Shown: in pieces, positions 19,638-29,339 of the stretch
Position numbering within the stretch: position 1 is the stretch's first letter
Layout: each line of letters begins with the position of its first letter
Assembly: GCA_964471825.1 (NCBI GenBank)
Contig: CAYYKD010000008.1
Location: 5,867 to 69,866 of the forward strand
DNA: 64,000 bases
Origin: an uncultured Spirochaetales bacterium
Lineage (GTDB): Bacteria > Spirochaetota > GWE2-31-10 > CAYYKD01
Direction of reading: 5' to 3'
Notes under the pieces: model-generated
The model's input: only the letters and a program-made list of their open reading frames with translations
Told to the model about the DNA's origin: nothing
Databases searched by the model: none
Translations under genes and position numbers: made by a program

Positions 19638-19934
19638 TTAATCAATGTCAAATGACCCGAATTTAAATTTAATATCTATAATATCAGATAGTTGAGAAAA
19701 GGCAATAATTTTTTTTAGTAATTCGGATTTAAATTGATTTAAAGTTGTTACCCAGCCGGGATGATTACACAATATAATTAAAACATTTTTATCAATTTTT
19801 TCAGGTTTTGTAACTTGATATATTTTTTCACCGGCAATTTCTTTCCATTTTGTTTGAATTTTTTTTAATTTAAAATCTACAAAAAGATTATTTTTTTTTA
19901 AAATTTCATCAAGTATATTTTTTAAATCCTCCAT
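19638..19934 (-). CDS. dciA: DUF721/DciA-like protein (candidate replicative-helicase operator)
   Basis: 98 aa directly downstream of recF in the dnaA-dnaN-recF operon, with a W-EIAGE...HP..WV..L-type pattern. The assignment rests on context plus weak motif evidence. Confidence 0.5.
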   Translation of the reverse strand: MEDLKNILDEILKKNNLFVDFKLKKIQTKWKEIAGEKIYQVTKPEKIDKNVLIILCNHPGWVTTLNQFKSELLKKIIAFSQLSDIIDIKFKFGSFDID

Positions 19935-19974
19935 ACAGCACCTCGATTGTTAATTATAGACTTTAAAAAAAATA

Positions 19975-21051
19975 TTATAGATTTATTACATTAATATTTT
20001 CTTTGTTTTTAATAAATTTTATAAATCTATTATCTGTAAAAGTTGCAAATACCTGTTCATTATTAAAAATTTCATTAAAAATATGTTCCTGCCTAAATAG
20101 ATCTAATTCTAAAATTACATCATCTACCAGTAAAATTGGACTCTGATTAAATACTTCACTAAATATATTTTTTTGTATTAATTTAATAATCAATGAGGCT
20201 AATCTGCATTGTCCGAGTGAACCATATTTGTTAAATTGTGCACCATTTAACATAAAAAGATAATTATCCCTATGAATTCCAAAACACATATGGCCGATTT
20301 TAATAGATTCGCTTCGTTTTGATAAATAATAATTATAATAATTCTCTGCAGTAAAGTTAGAGTTATTGTTTTTTGATATATTTGGTAAATAGAGAACTTT
20401 AGTATCAAGATTAAAATTACCGATATTCTTAAAATAATCTGTAAATAAAGATGAAAATTTATCAATAAAGATATGCCGCTTAGTTGATATGTATTCAGAT
20501 TTTGATGCCATTTGAAAATCATATACATCAAGCATTTTAATGTCTGATGAATTTTTTAAAAGAGAATTTTTTTTTCTGAGTAGATTATTATAGTCGCGTA
20601 AATTGGCAAGGTATACACTATCTATCAGGCATAATATTAAATCAAAATATTCTCTTTTATATGTAGGTTGACCTAAAATTATGTTTAAATCCTGTGGTGA
20701 GAATAAAACTGTTAATAATTCACCAAGTATTGCAGAGTACTTTGAAACCTTTTTATTATTAATAAAAACTTCTTTTTTGGTTTTATATTTAATAGAGATA
20801 TCTTTAGATATACTATTTTTTTCAAACGATAAATTTATATAAAAACTATCTGTTTGATTTTTTATTAACTCATTATCTTTATATGATCGAAATGACCGTA
20901 AATACGAACTATAATATATTGATTCCAATAAATTTGATTTACCTGTACCATTTTGACCAATTATAAAATTGTAGGGTTTGAGTTTAGTAAATTCCAAATG
21001 ATAATTACTGTAATTTCTAAAATCATTTAAGAATAATTTAGATATTATCAA
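19975..21051 (-). CDS. recF: DNA replication and repair protein RecF
   Basis: Walker A GQNGTGKSNLLESI. Conserved position after dnaN. Confidence 0.85.
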   Translation of the reverse strand: MIISKLFLNDFRNYSNYHLEFTKLKPYNFIIGQNGTGKSNLLESIYYSSYLRSFRSYKDNELIKNQTDSFYINLSFEKNSISKDISIKYKTKKEVFINNKKVSKYSAILGELLTVLFSPQDLNIILGQPTYKREYFDLILCLIDSVYLANLRDYNNLLRKKNSLLKNSSDIKMLDVYDFQMASKSEYISTKRHIFIDKFSSLFTDYFKNIGNFNLDTKVLYLPNISKNNNSNFTAENYYNYYLSKRSESIKIGHMCFGIHRDNYLFMLNGAQFNKYGSLGQCRLASLIIKLIQKNIFSEVFNQSPILLVDDVILELDLFRQEHIFNEIFNNEQVFATFTDNRFIKFIKNKENINVINL

Positions 21052-21060
21052 AATATTAAA

Positions 21061-22182
21061 CTATGATTTACTCATTGGCATCATAATATAGATATAATCA
21101 TTGTTATCTTGTTCTTTAACTGTAATAGTACTATTTGAATCTTTAAATTCAAAGATAGTATATTCTGTTTTGATAACGGATAGGACATCTAAAATAAAAG
21201 TATAATTCAATGCTACTTCAAAGTCGTCACCGCTATATTCTACTTCAATAACTTCTTTTCCGGAACCATGAGAAATATCTTCTGTGCTTATTTTTATATA
21301 ATTACCTGATAAACTAAAAAGAATTTTATGTGATTCTTTATCACCCATAAGTGCAATTCTATTTAATACTTTTTGCATTAAAGATGTTTTTATTTTAAAT
21401 GTTCCGGTTTGATCTGTTGGTATTACTTTTTTGTACGGTGGAAAATCTCCATCTAATAGATTAGAAATAAAGTAATAATTGTCAATTTTAATGTGAATGT
21501 TTTTTTCTGAGAATCCTATTTTCACATCTCCATTGTTTTTTGACAATTTAAGTACTTCTTGTAATATTTTTGGAGGTACAATAATTCCATTTTCTAATGA
21601 ATTTTTTATATCAAACTCTTTTTCAATAAATGATAATCTCTTACCATCAGTAGAAACCATTCTTATAAAATTATCAATTGTTTCAAAATATAATCCGCTG
21701 ATAAATCTACGGTTTTCAGTTAGTGATACAGAAATTATTGTTTTCTTTATCATATTAGAAAAAACATCTTGCGGTACAGAAATAAATTCTATGTCATTCG
21801 GTTGATCTATTCTAGATAATTTTTCAGGATCAATTGTTTTTAAAATATATTGACTATTTTTATTATCCTTAGGATTTATTAATAATTGACCATTTTGATT
21901 TGATTCTATTGATATTTCATTACAATCAAAACTTTTTACTATGGAATAAAATTTATTACAAAATACAGATGTTTCCCCTTCTTCAATTTGTTCTATTTGA
22001 CATTCTCCAAGAAAATTAATTTTTGTTTCAAATGCAGATAATTTCATTGTATTATTTGATACCTGGATTAATACATTAGAGTTAAAGGATATACTGTTTT
22101 TTGCAGAAATAATACTATCAGCTATACTTAGCATTTCGATTAAAGTTTGTTTCATACATATAAATTTCATTTTTTTCTCCAT
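21061..22182 (-). CDS. dnaN: DNA polymerase III beta sliding clamp DnaN
   Basis: 373 aa. Position between dnaA and recF, and three-domain clamp architecture. Confidence 0.85.
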   Translation of the reverse strand: MEKKMKFICMKQTLIEMLSIADSIISAKNSISFNSNVLIQVSNNTMKLSAFETKINFLGECQIEQIEEGETSVFCNKFYSIVKSFDCNEISIESNQNGQLLINPKDNKNSQYILKTIDPEKLSRIDQPNDIEFISVPQDVFSNMIKKTIISVSLTENRRFISGLYFETIDNFIRMVSTDGKRLSFIEKEFDIKNSLENGIIVPPKILQEVLKLSKNNGDVKIGFSEKNIHIKIDNYYFISNLLDGDFPPYKKVIPTDQTGTFKIKTSLMQKVLNRIALMGDKESHKILFSLSGNYIKISTEDISHGSGKEVIEVEYSGDDFEVALNYTFILDVLSVIKTEYTIFEFKDSNSTITVKEQDNNDYIYIMMPMSKS

Positions 22183-22491
22183 AATATTTTAATAGTATTT
22201 ATTAAAAATTTGATTGTTATTAACAATCTCTTATATCTATCTTAATCTTATAAATTTAGTAGTAGTAGTAGTAGAGACTGTAAATAAGTTAATAACCCAT
22301 CTAACTACTTGGTTTTAATAAAATTAAATAATACAAAACCGGTTAATAAATTCGCAGACTTATTCACATTATTAACAATTACAAATTCTATTAACAGGTA
22401 TTTGATAACTAGTTAACATATTATAAAATAATAAAAAACACAAACAATTTTTCATTATTTGAATATAATTTTGATAAATGAATAAGTTTAT
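22183..22491. promoter_or_regulatory. dnaN-dnaA intergenic region with DnaA-box-like 9-mers and a (TAG)6 microsatellite; candidate oriC module
   Basis: TTATTCACA at 22352..22360 matches the TTATNCACA consensus. Several TTATTAACA/TGTTAATAA variants are also present. TAGTAGTAGTAGTAGTAG lies at 22258..22275. Confidence 0.4.
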
Positions 22492-23910
22492 TTATTGCAA
22501 TTTTTTTAAAATTAATTCGATATCTTTTTTCGTTTCTTGAACAGTATCTATCATATCACCTATTTTTTTGGTTGCATGCATAACTGTTCCGTGTTCTTTG
22601 CCTCCAAAATATGCACCTATTTGTGTTGTTGATAATCTTGTTTCTTTTCTGCTAAGATACATTGCGATTTGTCTGGCCATTACAATTGACTTTGTTCTTT
22701 TTGTTCCTGTGAGATCATGAGATTTTAAATTATAATATTCGGCTACTCTTGTAATAATTGTATCAACTGATATTGGTGAATTATGTGCTTCATTAATTTT
22801 ATCTTTAAGTTTATCTTTGACAATAGCTAATGTAATTGGTTTTTTCATTATACTATAGTATGCCCGTACTATTCTAAATGATGATTTTAAATCCCTTATG
22901 CTTCCTGATATATTTGTAGCAATATATTCAAGAGCCTCATTGTCAATTTTAATTTCAAAGGAATCTTTTTCATTTTTTAGAATTGCCATTCTAAGTTCAA
23001 AATCCGGCGGTATCAGATCAACATTTAACCCCATACCAAACCGTTGTCTTACTCTTTCTTCTAAATTTGACACCTGTTTAATTGGTTGATCACAGGAAAA
23101 AACCATCTGTTTAAAGTCGTGATAGAGTTGATTAAATGTATGAAAAATTTCTTCCTGCATCATACTCTTGTTTTCAAAAAATTGAATATCATCAAGGAGT
23201 AAAACATCAACTCGTCTATACTTCATTCTAAATTGAGGCATTTGTTTTTTATTAAGATGTTCGTAAAAATCATTTCCAAACTCTTCGGAGGTTGTGTACT
23301 TAACAATTTTATCTGGATATGTTTCTTTAATATATTTTTCAATAGATCTAAGCAGGTGAGTTTTTCCTAATCCGCTACCTCCGTAGATAAAATATGGGTT
23401 GTATTCTAGTCCGGGTTTTTGGGCGACAATTCTTGCTGATTTAGCTGCAAACTCATTTGAGTTTCCTATTACAAAAGAATCAAAAGAATAATCCTCAGTA
23501 GAATCACTTTGATCTGTGCCTTCTCTAAGAATTTGAAGTGAATTGATGGAGTTGGATCCTGTGGATTCCGTGTCAGATAATTTATTTTCTAAAAAAGAAA
23601 TATCATCTGATATCTGTTTTTCTTTAATTAAACTTTCTACTTCAACGATATCTTCGTATTTTTTTGTAATAAATGATATAGAACACTTATAGCCAAATAA
23701 TCCCGATAGACATTGTTCAATTTCAGGTGCTAGTTTAAGTATATTATCCTTAATGAAATTTGAAGCTACAGACAAGGTCATAATTTTCAGATCTTCATCA
23801 TAGGTTTCAAATTTAATTCTTTTGATCCACAGATTAATATCGTTTGTAGATATAAGCCCATCAAGGTTTTTAACAGTTTCATTCCAAAAAACCGAGTAAT
23901 CTGATCCCAT
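22492..23910 (-). CDS. dnaA: Chromosomal replication initiator DnaA
   Basis: AAA+ Walker A GGSGLGKTHLL. The C-terminal DnaA-box-binding domain is present. Confidence 0.95.
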   Translation of the reverse strand: MGSDYSVFWNETVKNLDGLISTNDINLWIKRIKFETYDEDLKIMTLSVASNFIKDNILKLAPEIEQCLSGLFGYKCSISFITKKYEDIVEVESLIKEKQISDDISFLENKLSDTESTGSNSINSLQILREGTDQSDSTEDYSFDSFVIGNSNEFAAKSARIVAQKPGLEYNPYFIYGGSGLGKTHLLRSIEKYIKETYPDKIVKYTTSEEFGNDFYEHLNKKQMPQFRMKYRRVDVLLLDDIQFFENKSMMQEEIFHTFNQLYHDFKQMVFSCDQPIKQVSNLEERVRQRFGMGLNVDLIPPDFELRMAILKNEKDSFEIKIDNEALEYIATNISGSIRDLKSSFRIVRAYYSIMKKPITLAIVKDKLKDKINEAHNSPISVDTIITRVAEYYNLKSHDLTGTKRTKSIVMARQIAMYLSRKETRLSTTQIGAYFGGKEHGTVMHATKKIGDMIDTVQETKKDIELILKKLQ

Positions 23911-24452
23911 TTATCCCTCATTTTTGACAAGTTATTAACATTTGAATTCATATGCGTTCTAAAAAAGAATGATAAATTCTAAATTCAAAACAATAAACAT
24001 CTAGTTGAAAATCAACAAGTTAAGAAAATGTCAATAGTAATAAATATTATAAAAACAATTTGTTTATAACTTATTAACAACATATTGACAAAGTTATTTA
24101 ACATGACGATTGATATTCTTTATAAATTTAAAAGTAAAAAAAATCAATCTTTAAAAAACTTAAAAATTGAATATATATTTGTTTATTGATTTTCAACAAG
24201 TTATAATGAAAATATTTACCGGTTATTAACAGGAAAAAATATCACTATTTATTAGAAAATAGAAATTTTTCTGAATTTGATTAAATTCAAGGGAATTTGA
24301 CAAATTTATTTAAATTCAATTGTTACTCAAACCATAATGTAAAATTAATGCTAAGGCGATTGTAAAAAAGGATACAATATTTTTGAAGAGCATCTTTACT
24401 AAAAAGGATAATTATTATATACATCGTTAAAGACAAAATAACGGAGGTTGGT
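23911..24452. promoter_or_regulatory. AT-rich dnaA-upstream / icd-upstream intergenic region; candidate oriC with degenerate DnaA boxes and repeated ACAAGTTA motifs
   Basis: A 542-nt non-coding region with multiple TTATTAACA variants. The 17-mers TTGAAAATCAACAAGTT (~24004) and TTGATTTTCAACAAGTT (~24188) are repeated. Confidence 0.45.
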
Positions 24453-25667
24453 ATGAAAAAAATTGAAATGAAAACGCCGATAGTTGAATTAGATGGAGAT
24501 GAGATGACTCGAGTGTTGTGGCCGCATATAAAGGAAAAACTCATACAACCATTTATCGAATTAAAAACAGAATATTACGATCTTGGGCTTGTCAAGAGAG
24601 ATGAAACAGATGATAAAATCACAGTAGATGCTGCGAATGCAATAATTAAGTATGGTGTTGGAGTCAAAAATGCAACAATAACTCCAAATGAGGAGCGGGT
24701 AAAAGAATATAATCTAAAAAAACAGTGGAAAAGTCCGAACGGAACTATTAGGGCTATGCTTGATGGAACAGTATTTAGAAAGCCAATAATTGTTAAAAAT
24801 GTACAACCATCTGTAAGAAGTTGGAAAAGTCCGATTATTGTTGGAAGACATGCCTATGGTGATGTATATAAATGTGCAGAAATCTATGCTGCAAATGGTG
24901 GTGAGCTTAAAATTTCGGTTACAGATAAACAAGGTGTAACAGTAAATGAAACTATTATTAAAGTAGATGAACCGGCTGTTGTACTCGGAATGCATAATAC
25001 AATACCTTCTATAGAGAGTTTTGCAATATCATGCTTCGAGTACGCACTGGATCAAAAAATTGATATCTGGTTTGCTACAAAGGATACAATATCTAAGATC
25101 TATGATCAGACATTTAAAAAGGTTTTTGAGGATATTTTCAATAAAAAATATAAATCTAAGTTTGATAAATTAGGTATAAGTTATAATTACACGCTGATTG
25201 ATGATATGGTTGCAAGGTTGGTAAAATCAGAGGGGGGGTTTCTTTGGGCATGTAAAAACTATGATGGAGATGTTATGAGTGATCTTGTTGCCTCAGCATT
25301 CGGAAGTCTTGCAATGATGACCTCAGTCTTAGTTTCTCCTAAAGGGTATTTTGAATATGAAGCTGCTCATGGAACTGTTCAGAAACACTACTACAAGCAT
25401 CTAAAGGGAGAGAAAACATCAACAAATCCTGTCGCTCTAATATTTGCATGGAGTGGAGCATTAAGAAAGAGGGGTGAGCTTGACAATATAACTGAGCTTG
25501 TTCAGTTTGCAGATATTCTTGAGAAAGCAGTTATAGATATTATAGAATCCGGAATTGTTACCGGAGATATTGCATTAATCTGTGAACCTAAAGCTGTCAA
25601 GACTCTTAATTCCCTAGAGTTTATAGACGCAATAGCTTCTAGATTAACAGCATTAATAAAGGTATAA
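24453..25667 (+). CDS. icd: NADP-dependent isocitrate dehydrogenase, homodimeric type II (eukaryote-like subfamily)
   Basis: N-terminus VELDGDEMTRVLW...SPNGTIRAMLDGTVFR...IVGRHAYGD is typical of subfamily II IDH. Confidence 0.9.
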   Translation: MKKIEMKTPIVELDGDEMTRVLWPHIKEKLIQPFIELKTEYYDLGLVKRDETDDKITVDAANAIIKYGVGVKNATITPNEERVKEYNLKKQWKSPNGTIRAMLDGTVFRKPIIVKNVQPSVRSWKSPIIVGRHAYGDVYKCAEIYAANGGELKISVTDKQGVTVNETIIKVDEPAVVLGMHNTIPSIESFAISCFEYALDQKIDIWFATKDTISKIYDQTFKKVFEDIFNKKYKSKFDKLGISYNYTLIDDMVARLVKSEGGFLWACKNYDGDVMSDLVASAFGSLAMMTSVLVSPKGYFEYEAAHGTVQKHYYKHLKGEKTSTNPVALIFAWSGALRKRGELDNITELVQFADILEKAVIDIIESGIVTGDIALICEPKAVKTLNSLEFIDAIASRLTALIKV

Positions 25668-25669
25668 TT

Positions 25670-26746
25670 ATGAAGATTGCGGTTGGTTTAAGCGGCGGTG
25701 TTGATTCCTCAGTTGCTGCTTATCTTCTAATAAAAGAAGGTTATGAAGTTTTTGGTCTCACTATGAAAAACTCTCCTGATATTATTACTGTTAATAACGG
25801 TAAATCAGCTTGTATAGGTGAAGACAACAAAGAAACAGAAGAAGATGTTAGGAAAATTGCAGAAAAATTGAAAATTTCCTATCATATTCTAGATTTAACA
25901 GAGGATTTTGAAACAAAAGTAATGACCTATTTTAAGGATGAATATAAAAAAGGGAGAACACCTAATCCATGTGTTGTTTGTAACTGTAGAATAAAATTTA
26001 ATGCTCTGCTTGATAGGGCATTAGCAGACGGAATAGAATTTGATCTCTTTGGAACCGGTCACTATGCCAGAGTAGAATATAATGAAGAAAGAAAAAGATT
26101 TATCTTAAAAAAGGCTATTTATCTTGAAAAAGATCAAACCTATTTTCTTGCATTTTTAAATCAGTTTCAACTTTCGAGATTGATATTTCCACTTGGAACT
26201 TATACTAAGTCAGAGGTCAGGAAAATAGCAGAGTCGATAGGTTTGCACACTCATGATAAGATAGAGAGTCAGGATTTCTATTCAGGTGATTATAAAAATC
26301 TGCTTGATGTAAAACCGATTGCCGGGCCGATAAAACATGTTGACGGTAGAATCCTTGGAACACATATGGGTTATTTTAATTATACCATAGGACAGAGAAA
26401 GGGGTTGGGTGTTAGCTATAATTTGCCGATATTTGTAGTCTCATTAGATCCAGAATCAAACACAGTCTTTGTTGGAGAAGAAAAGTACCTGTTAAATGAC
26501 AAGTTATATATCAATAAGTTTAATTGGGTCTCTATTGAGAATCCCGGTAAACAATTTAAAGCATCTGTAAAAATCCGCTATAGGCATGAAGCTGAATCAG
26601 CAACAATAATTCCGATAAGTGATGAATTGCTTGAGGTTATATTTGATAATCCGCAAAAAGCAATAACCCCCGGTCAGGTGGGGGCTATCTACATTAATGA
26701 TGAATTAGTAGGTGGCGGATTTATTGAATTAGAAAGCTCTTTATAA
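25670..26746 (+). CDS. mnmA: tRNA-specific 2-thiouridylase MnmA
   Basis: PP-loop SGGVDSSVAA and catalytic cysteines; 358 aa. Confidence 0.9.
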   Translation: MKIAVGLSGGVDSSVAAYLLIKEGYEVFGLTMKNSPDIITVNNGKSACIGEDNKETEEDVRKIAEKLKISYHILDLTEDFETKVMTYFKDEYKKGRTPNPCVVCNCRIKFNALLDRALADGIEFDLFGTGHYARVEYNEERKRFILKKAIYLEKDQTYFLAFLNQFQLSRLIFPLGTYTKSEVRKIAESIGLHTHDKIESQDFYSGDYKNLLDVKPIAGPIKHVDGRILGTHMGYFNYTIGQRKGLGVSYNLPIFVVSLDPESNTVFVGEEKYLLNDKLYINKFNWVSIENPGKQFKASVKIRYRHEAESATIIPISDELLEVIFDNPQKAITPGQVGAIYINDELVGGGFIELESSL

Positions 26747-26794
26747 AAGAGTCGCGGTTGTAATAAATTTACTGTTGTTTATAGGGGGATAAAT

Positions 26795-27925
26795 ATGTAT
26801 AGGAAAATATCAATCTTGATATTTATATGCGTAGCAACTTTGATATCTTCAAATGAGATTAATAAAGTTGTGAATGATGTTACCAATGATGTTATCAATA
26901 ATACTACCGGAACTACTGTTGATAATGTTATAGTTGAAAGTGTTGATGAAAAGAATATAAAAAAAATATATATAGATAAACTAGACTCAGATAAAATTGA
27001 CTCAGATAATAAAGACATTGATAAAAAAGACATTGATAAAAAAGACGTTGATAAAAAAGATAAGTTAACCAATCAAGAGAAAAAATTATTAAAGGAACAA
27101 AAAAAAGAGATAAAAAAAGAAGAGAGGCTATTAAAAAAGGAACAAAAAAAGGAAAAGAATAAGGAAAAAGTATTTATAAGGAATCAGAAGAAAGAGTTAC
27201 AAAAAGAACTGAATGCTAAAGAAAAAGAAGAAGCACAGTTAAAAAAAGATGAGAAAAAGTTTATTGGCGGTCTGACATTCGCAGTTGGCGGTTGTTTTTC
27301 AGATGTAAGTAATTCATATCTATTTAGATATTCACCTGTATATACAGATGATATCCCGGTTATAAATCAAATTGTTAAAAAATTTAACGCCCCTGTGTAC
27401 CTTTCAAACTTAGCCGGATTTGATACTTCTTTTATGGTTGCCTTTTCATATTATAAGAAAAAAAACTCATCTATGGGATTTGTTAATAGAATCGGGTATA
27501 AATTTCTTTTGACTGATCCATTTAGTCATTTTATTTTTGATAAACAGTTTAGGATACTTAACACATTTTTTACAACACTGGAAATAAAAAATACGATAGG
27601 TAGTTTTGATAAAAACACCTTTTTATTTATGACTAGCGGGTTCTATTTCTCTGTTTTTTTTCAAAACTATAGTCCTGAGAAGGAAAGGGTTCTTCCATAT
27701 GGTGTTGGAATTGGCCCAACTTCAGAGATAGGACTTGAATATCATAAAAATAATTTTGTATATAAAACATCAATCTATTGTAATTTTATTTTTAGGCTAC
27801 GAGGGAAATACGAGGATTATCTAACTGACTCAGATCTGTTCATGGAGATAGATATTGGTGTATCACATAAGTTTGGATATTTGACAAAAAAAAGATTTAT
27901 AAAGGAATCTAACAAAAAAAATTAA
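26795..27925 (+). CDS. Secreted repeat-containing protein (DIDKK tandem repeats, K/E-rich coiled segment, C-terminal beta-rich possibly OM-associated domain)
   Basis: Signal peptide, 15-nt tandem repeats around 26980..27070, then a KEQKKEIKKEERLLKKEQKKEK segment. Confidence 0.45.
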   Translation: MYRKISILIFICVATLISSNEINKVVNDVTNDVINNTTGTTVDNVIVESVDEKNIKKIYIDKLDSDKIDSDNKDIDKKDIDKKDVDKKDKLTNQEKKLLKEQKKEIKKEERLLKKEQKKEKNKEKVFIRNQKKELQKELNAKEKEEAQLKKDEKKFIGGLTFAVGGCFSDVSNSYLFRYSPVYTDDIPVINQIVKKFNAPVYLSNLAGFDTSFMVAFSYYKKKNSSMGFVNRIGYKFLLTDPFSHFIFDKQFRILNTFFTTLEIKNTIGSFDKNTFLFMTSGFYFSVFFQNYSPEKERVLPYGVGIGPTSEIGLEYHKNNFVYKTSIYCNFIFRLRGKYEDYLTDSDLFMEIDIGVSHKFGYLTKKRFIKESNKKN

Positions 27926-27937
27926 CTTCAACCTATA

Positions 27938-28906
27938 GTGTATTTAATATCGTGGTCTGTGAAAACCGGAATAATGGGTAAAGATGGTGTATATCAAAAT
28001 TTTTCAAGAGGTTCTTTACATATAAAAAAATATAGTGTAAGAACTATTATGAGTTTTAAAAGGATGCCGATATATATGTTAAAGTCTAGTGTTAGTCATT
28101 ATGGAGCAGATATGATAGCATTAAGGGAAAAACTAATAACTTTAAGAGATAACTATGGTTTGGTTGGCGTCAAGGGCGGAACTGAAGTTGAAGCAATGTC
28201 ATTTGAAGAGATTAAGTTCCTAAAACAGGTATCTAAGGGAATCGTACCATTAACTGTAAAGATCGGTGGTCCCGAGGCAAGAAACGATGTCGAGTTTATG
28301 CTCTCGATTGGAACAGAGGTGATTCTTGCACCTATGATTGAGTCAGTATATAGCCTTAAAAATTTTGTTGACATGATGAAGAGTATAGATTCAGAAAGAA
28401 GTTCAGCGTTGGCAATAAACATAGAAACAATAACTGCATATAAATCACTTGAGGAAATTTTTGGATCAATATATTTTAACTCAATACATAGTGTAACAGT
28501 TGGAAGAACTGATCTATCCGGATCAGTTGATATGGATGTTGATGATGACTTTGTTATGAAAATGACTTATAATATTGTTAGATTAGCCCGATATTTTAAC
28601 AAAAAAACATCAGTTGGTGGTAAAGTTGATACAATGAACGCTAACTCAATAAAAAACATAATTCAGAGTGAATACCTGAACACAAGGCACATGATAGTTA
28701 AAAATAGTCAAGAAGATATTTCAAAAGCAGTTGAAGCAGCTCTCGACTGGGAAGCTCAATTATATCAGAAAATGTCAGACTTTTTTCCACTTAGAAAATC
28801 GTTCTATGACGCAAGAATCAATTCAATATTTAACAGAAAATCCAAAATCTCTGCTGCCGGCGGAGGGATAGCTGTAAATGAAGATGCAAAATGTACTTGC
28901 CGCTAA
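27938..28906 (+). CDS. HpcH/HpaI aldolase / citrate lyase family protein (putative)
   Basis: Family-like pattern INIETITAYKSLEEI...VTVGRTDLSGS. The true start is probably internal (MSFKRMPIYM or a later Met). Confidence 0.4.
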   Translation: MYLISWSVKTGIMGKDGVYQNFSRGSLHIKKYSVRTIMSFKRMPIYMLKSSVSHYGADMIALREKLITLRDNYGLVGVKGGTEVEAMSFEEIKFLKQVSKGIVPLTVKIGGPEARNDVEFMLSIGTEVILAPMIESVYSLKNFVDMMKSIDSERSSALAINIETITAYKSLEEIFGSIYFNSIHSVTVGRTDLSGSVDMDVDDDFVMKMTYNIVRLARYFNKKTSVGGKVDTMNANSIKNIIQSEYLNTRHMIVKNSQEDISKAVEAALDWEAQLYQKMSDFFPLRKSFYDARINSIFNRKSKISAAGGGIAVNEDAKCTCR

Positions 28907-29339
28907 TTCTACAGGAGATATGGCATATCTCTGTGGAAAATGTGGTCATGAAGTAGATAAGAGAGCAAATGTCTGTGATAATTGCGGAGCCAGGCTCGGT
29001 GGTATAAGGTGCCCGTTTTGTAATTTTTCAGGATCGGCAGACGCTTTTAAAAATGACACCTGTCCAAAATGCGGTAGAAAGAGTAAAACAGAAAAGCACT
29101 CATCTAATAAGCAAGAAGCCGCTAATAATAAAAAAAGAAAAAATGATCATAATAGAAGTAATAATCAAACAAATTTATCTCTTAGACAAAAATCGCTTAG
29201 ACAAGAACCATTTAGACAAGAATCATTAAGAAAACAGTCAGTTATAACCGGTAAAATATTCATAATCTCGCTTATCTGCCTGATAATATGTGCGGTTGCA
29301 ATTGCATGTGTATATGTAATTCATTTTAATCTAATCTAG
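28878..29339 (+). CDS. Double zinc-ribbon protein with C-terminal TM anchor and a short tandem LRQ repeat
   Basis: CGKCGHE...CDNCGAR...CPFCN...CPKCGRK cysteine pairs; C-terminal hydrophobic helix. Confidence 0.5.
   Translation: MKMQNVLAANSTGDMAYLCGKCGHEVDKRANVCDNCGARLGGIRCPFCNFSGSADAFKNDTCPKCGRKSKTEKHSSNKQEAANNKKRKNDHNRSNNQTNLSLRQKSLRQEPFRQESLRKQSVITGKIFIISLICLIICAVAIACVYVIHFNLI

Noticed and set aside
22492-23910. Searched for prophage, integrase, transposase, restriction-modification or toxin-antitoxin genes near the tRNA and origin
   Set aside because: None found. The only mobile-element trace is the weak IS200-like remnant at 59189..59431, which is reported as low-confidence.
26779-27072. 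97-aa minus-strand ORF with SMSFLSMSLLSESILSESSLS repeats
   Set aside because: It is the antisense of the DIDKK tandem-repeat region inside the 26795..27925 gene. Its low-complexity product is a repeat artefact.
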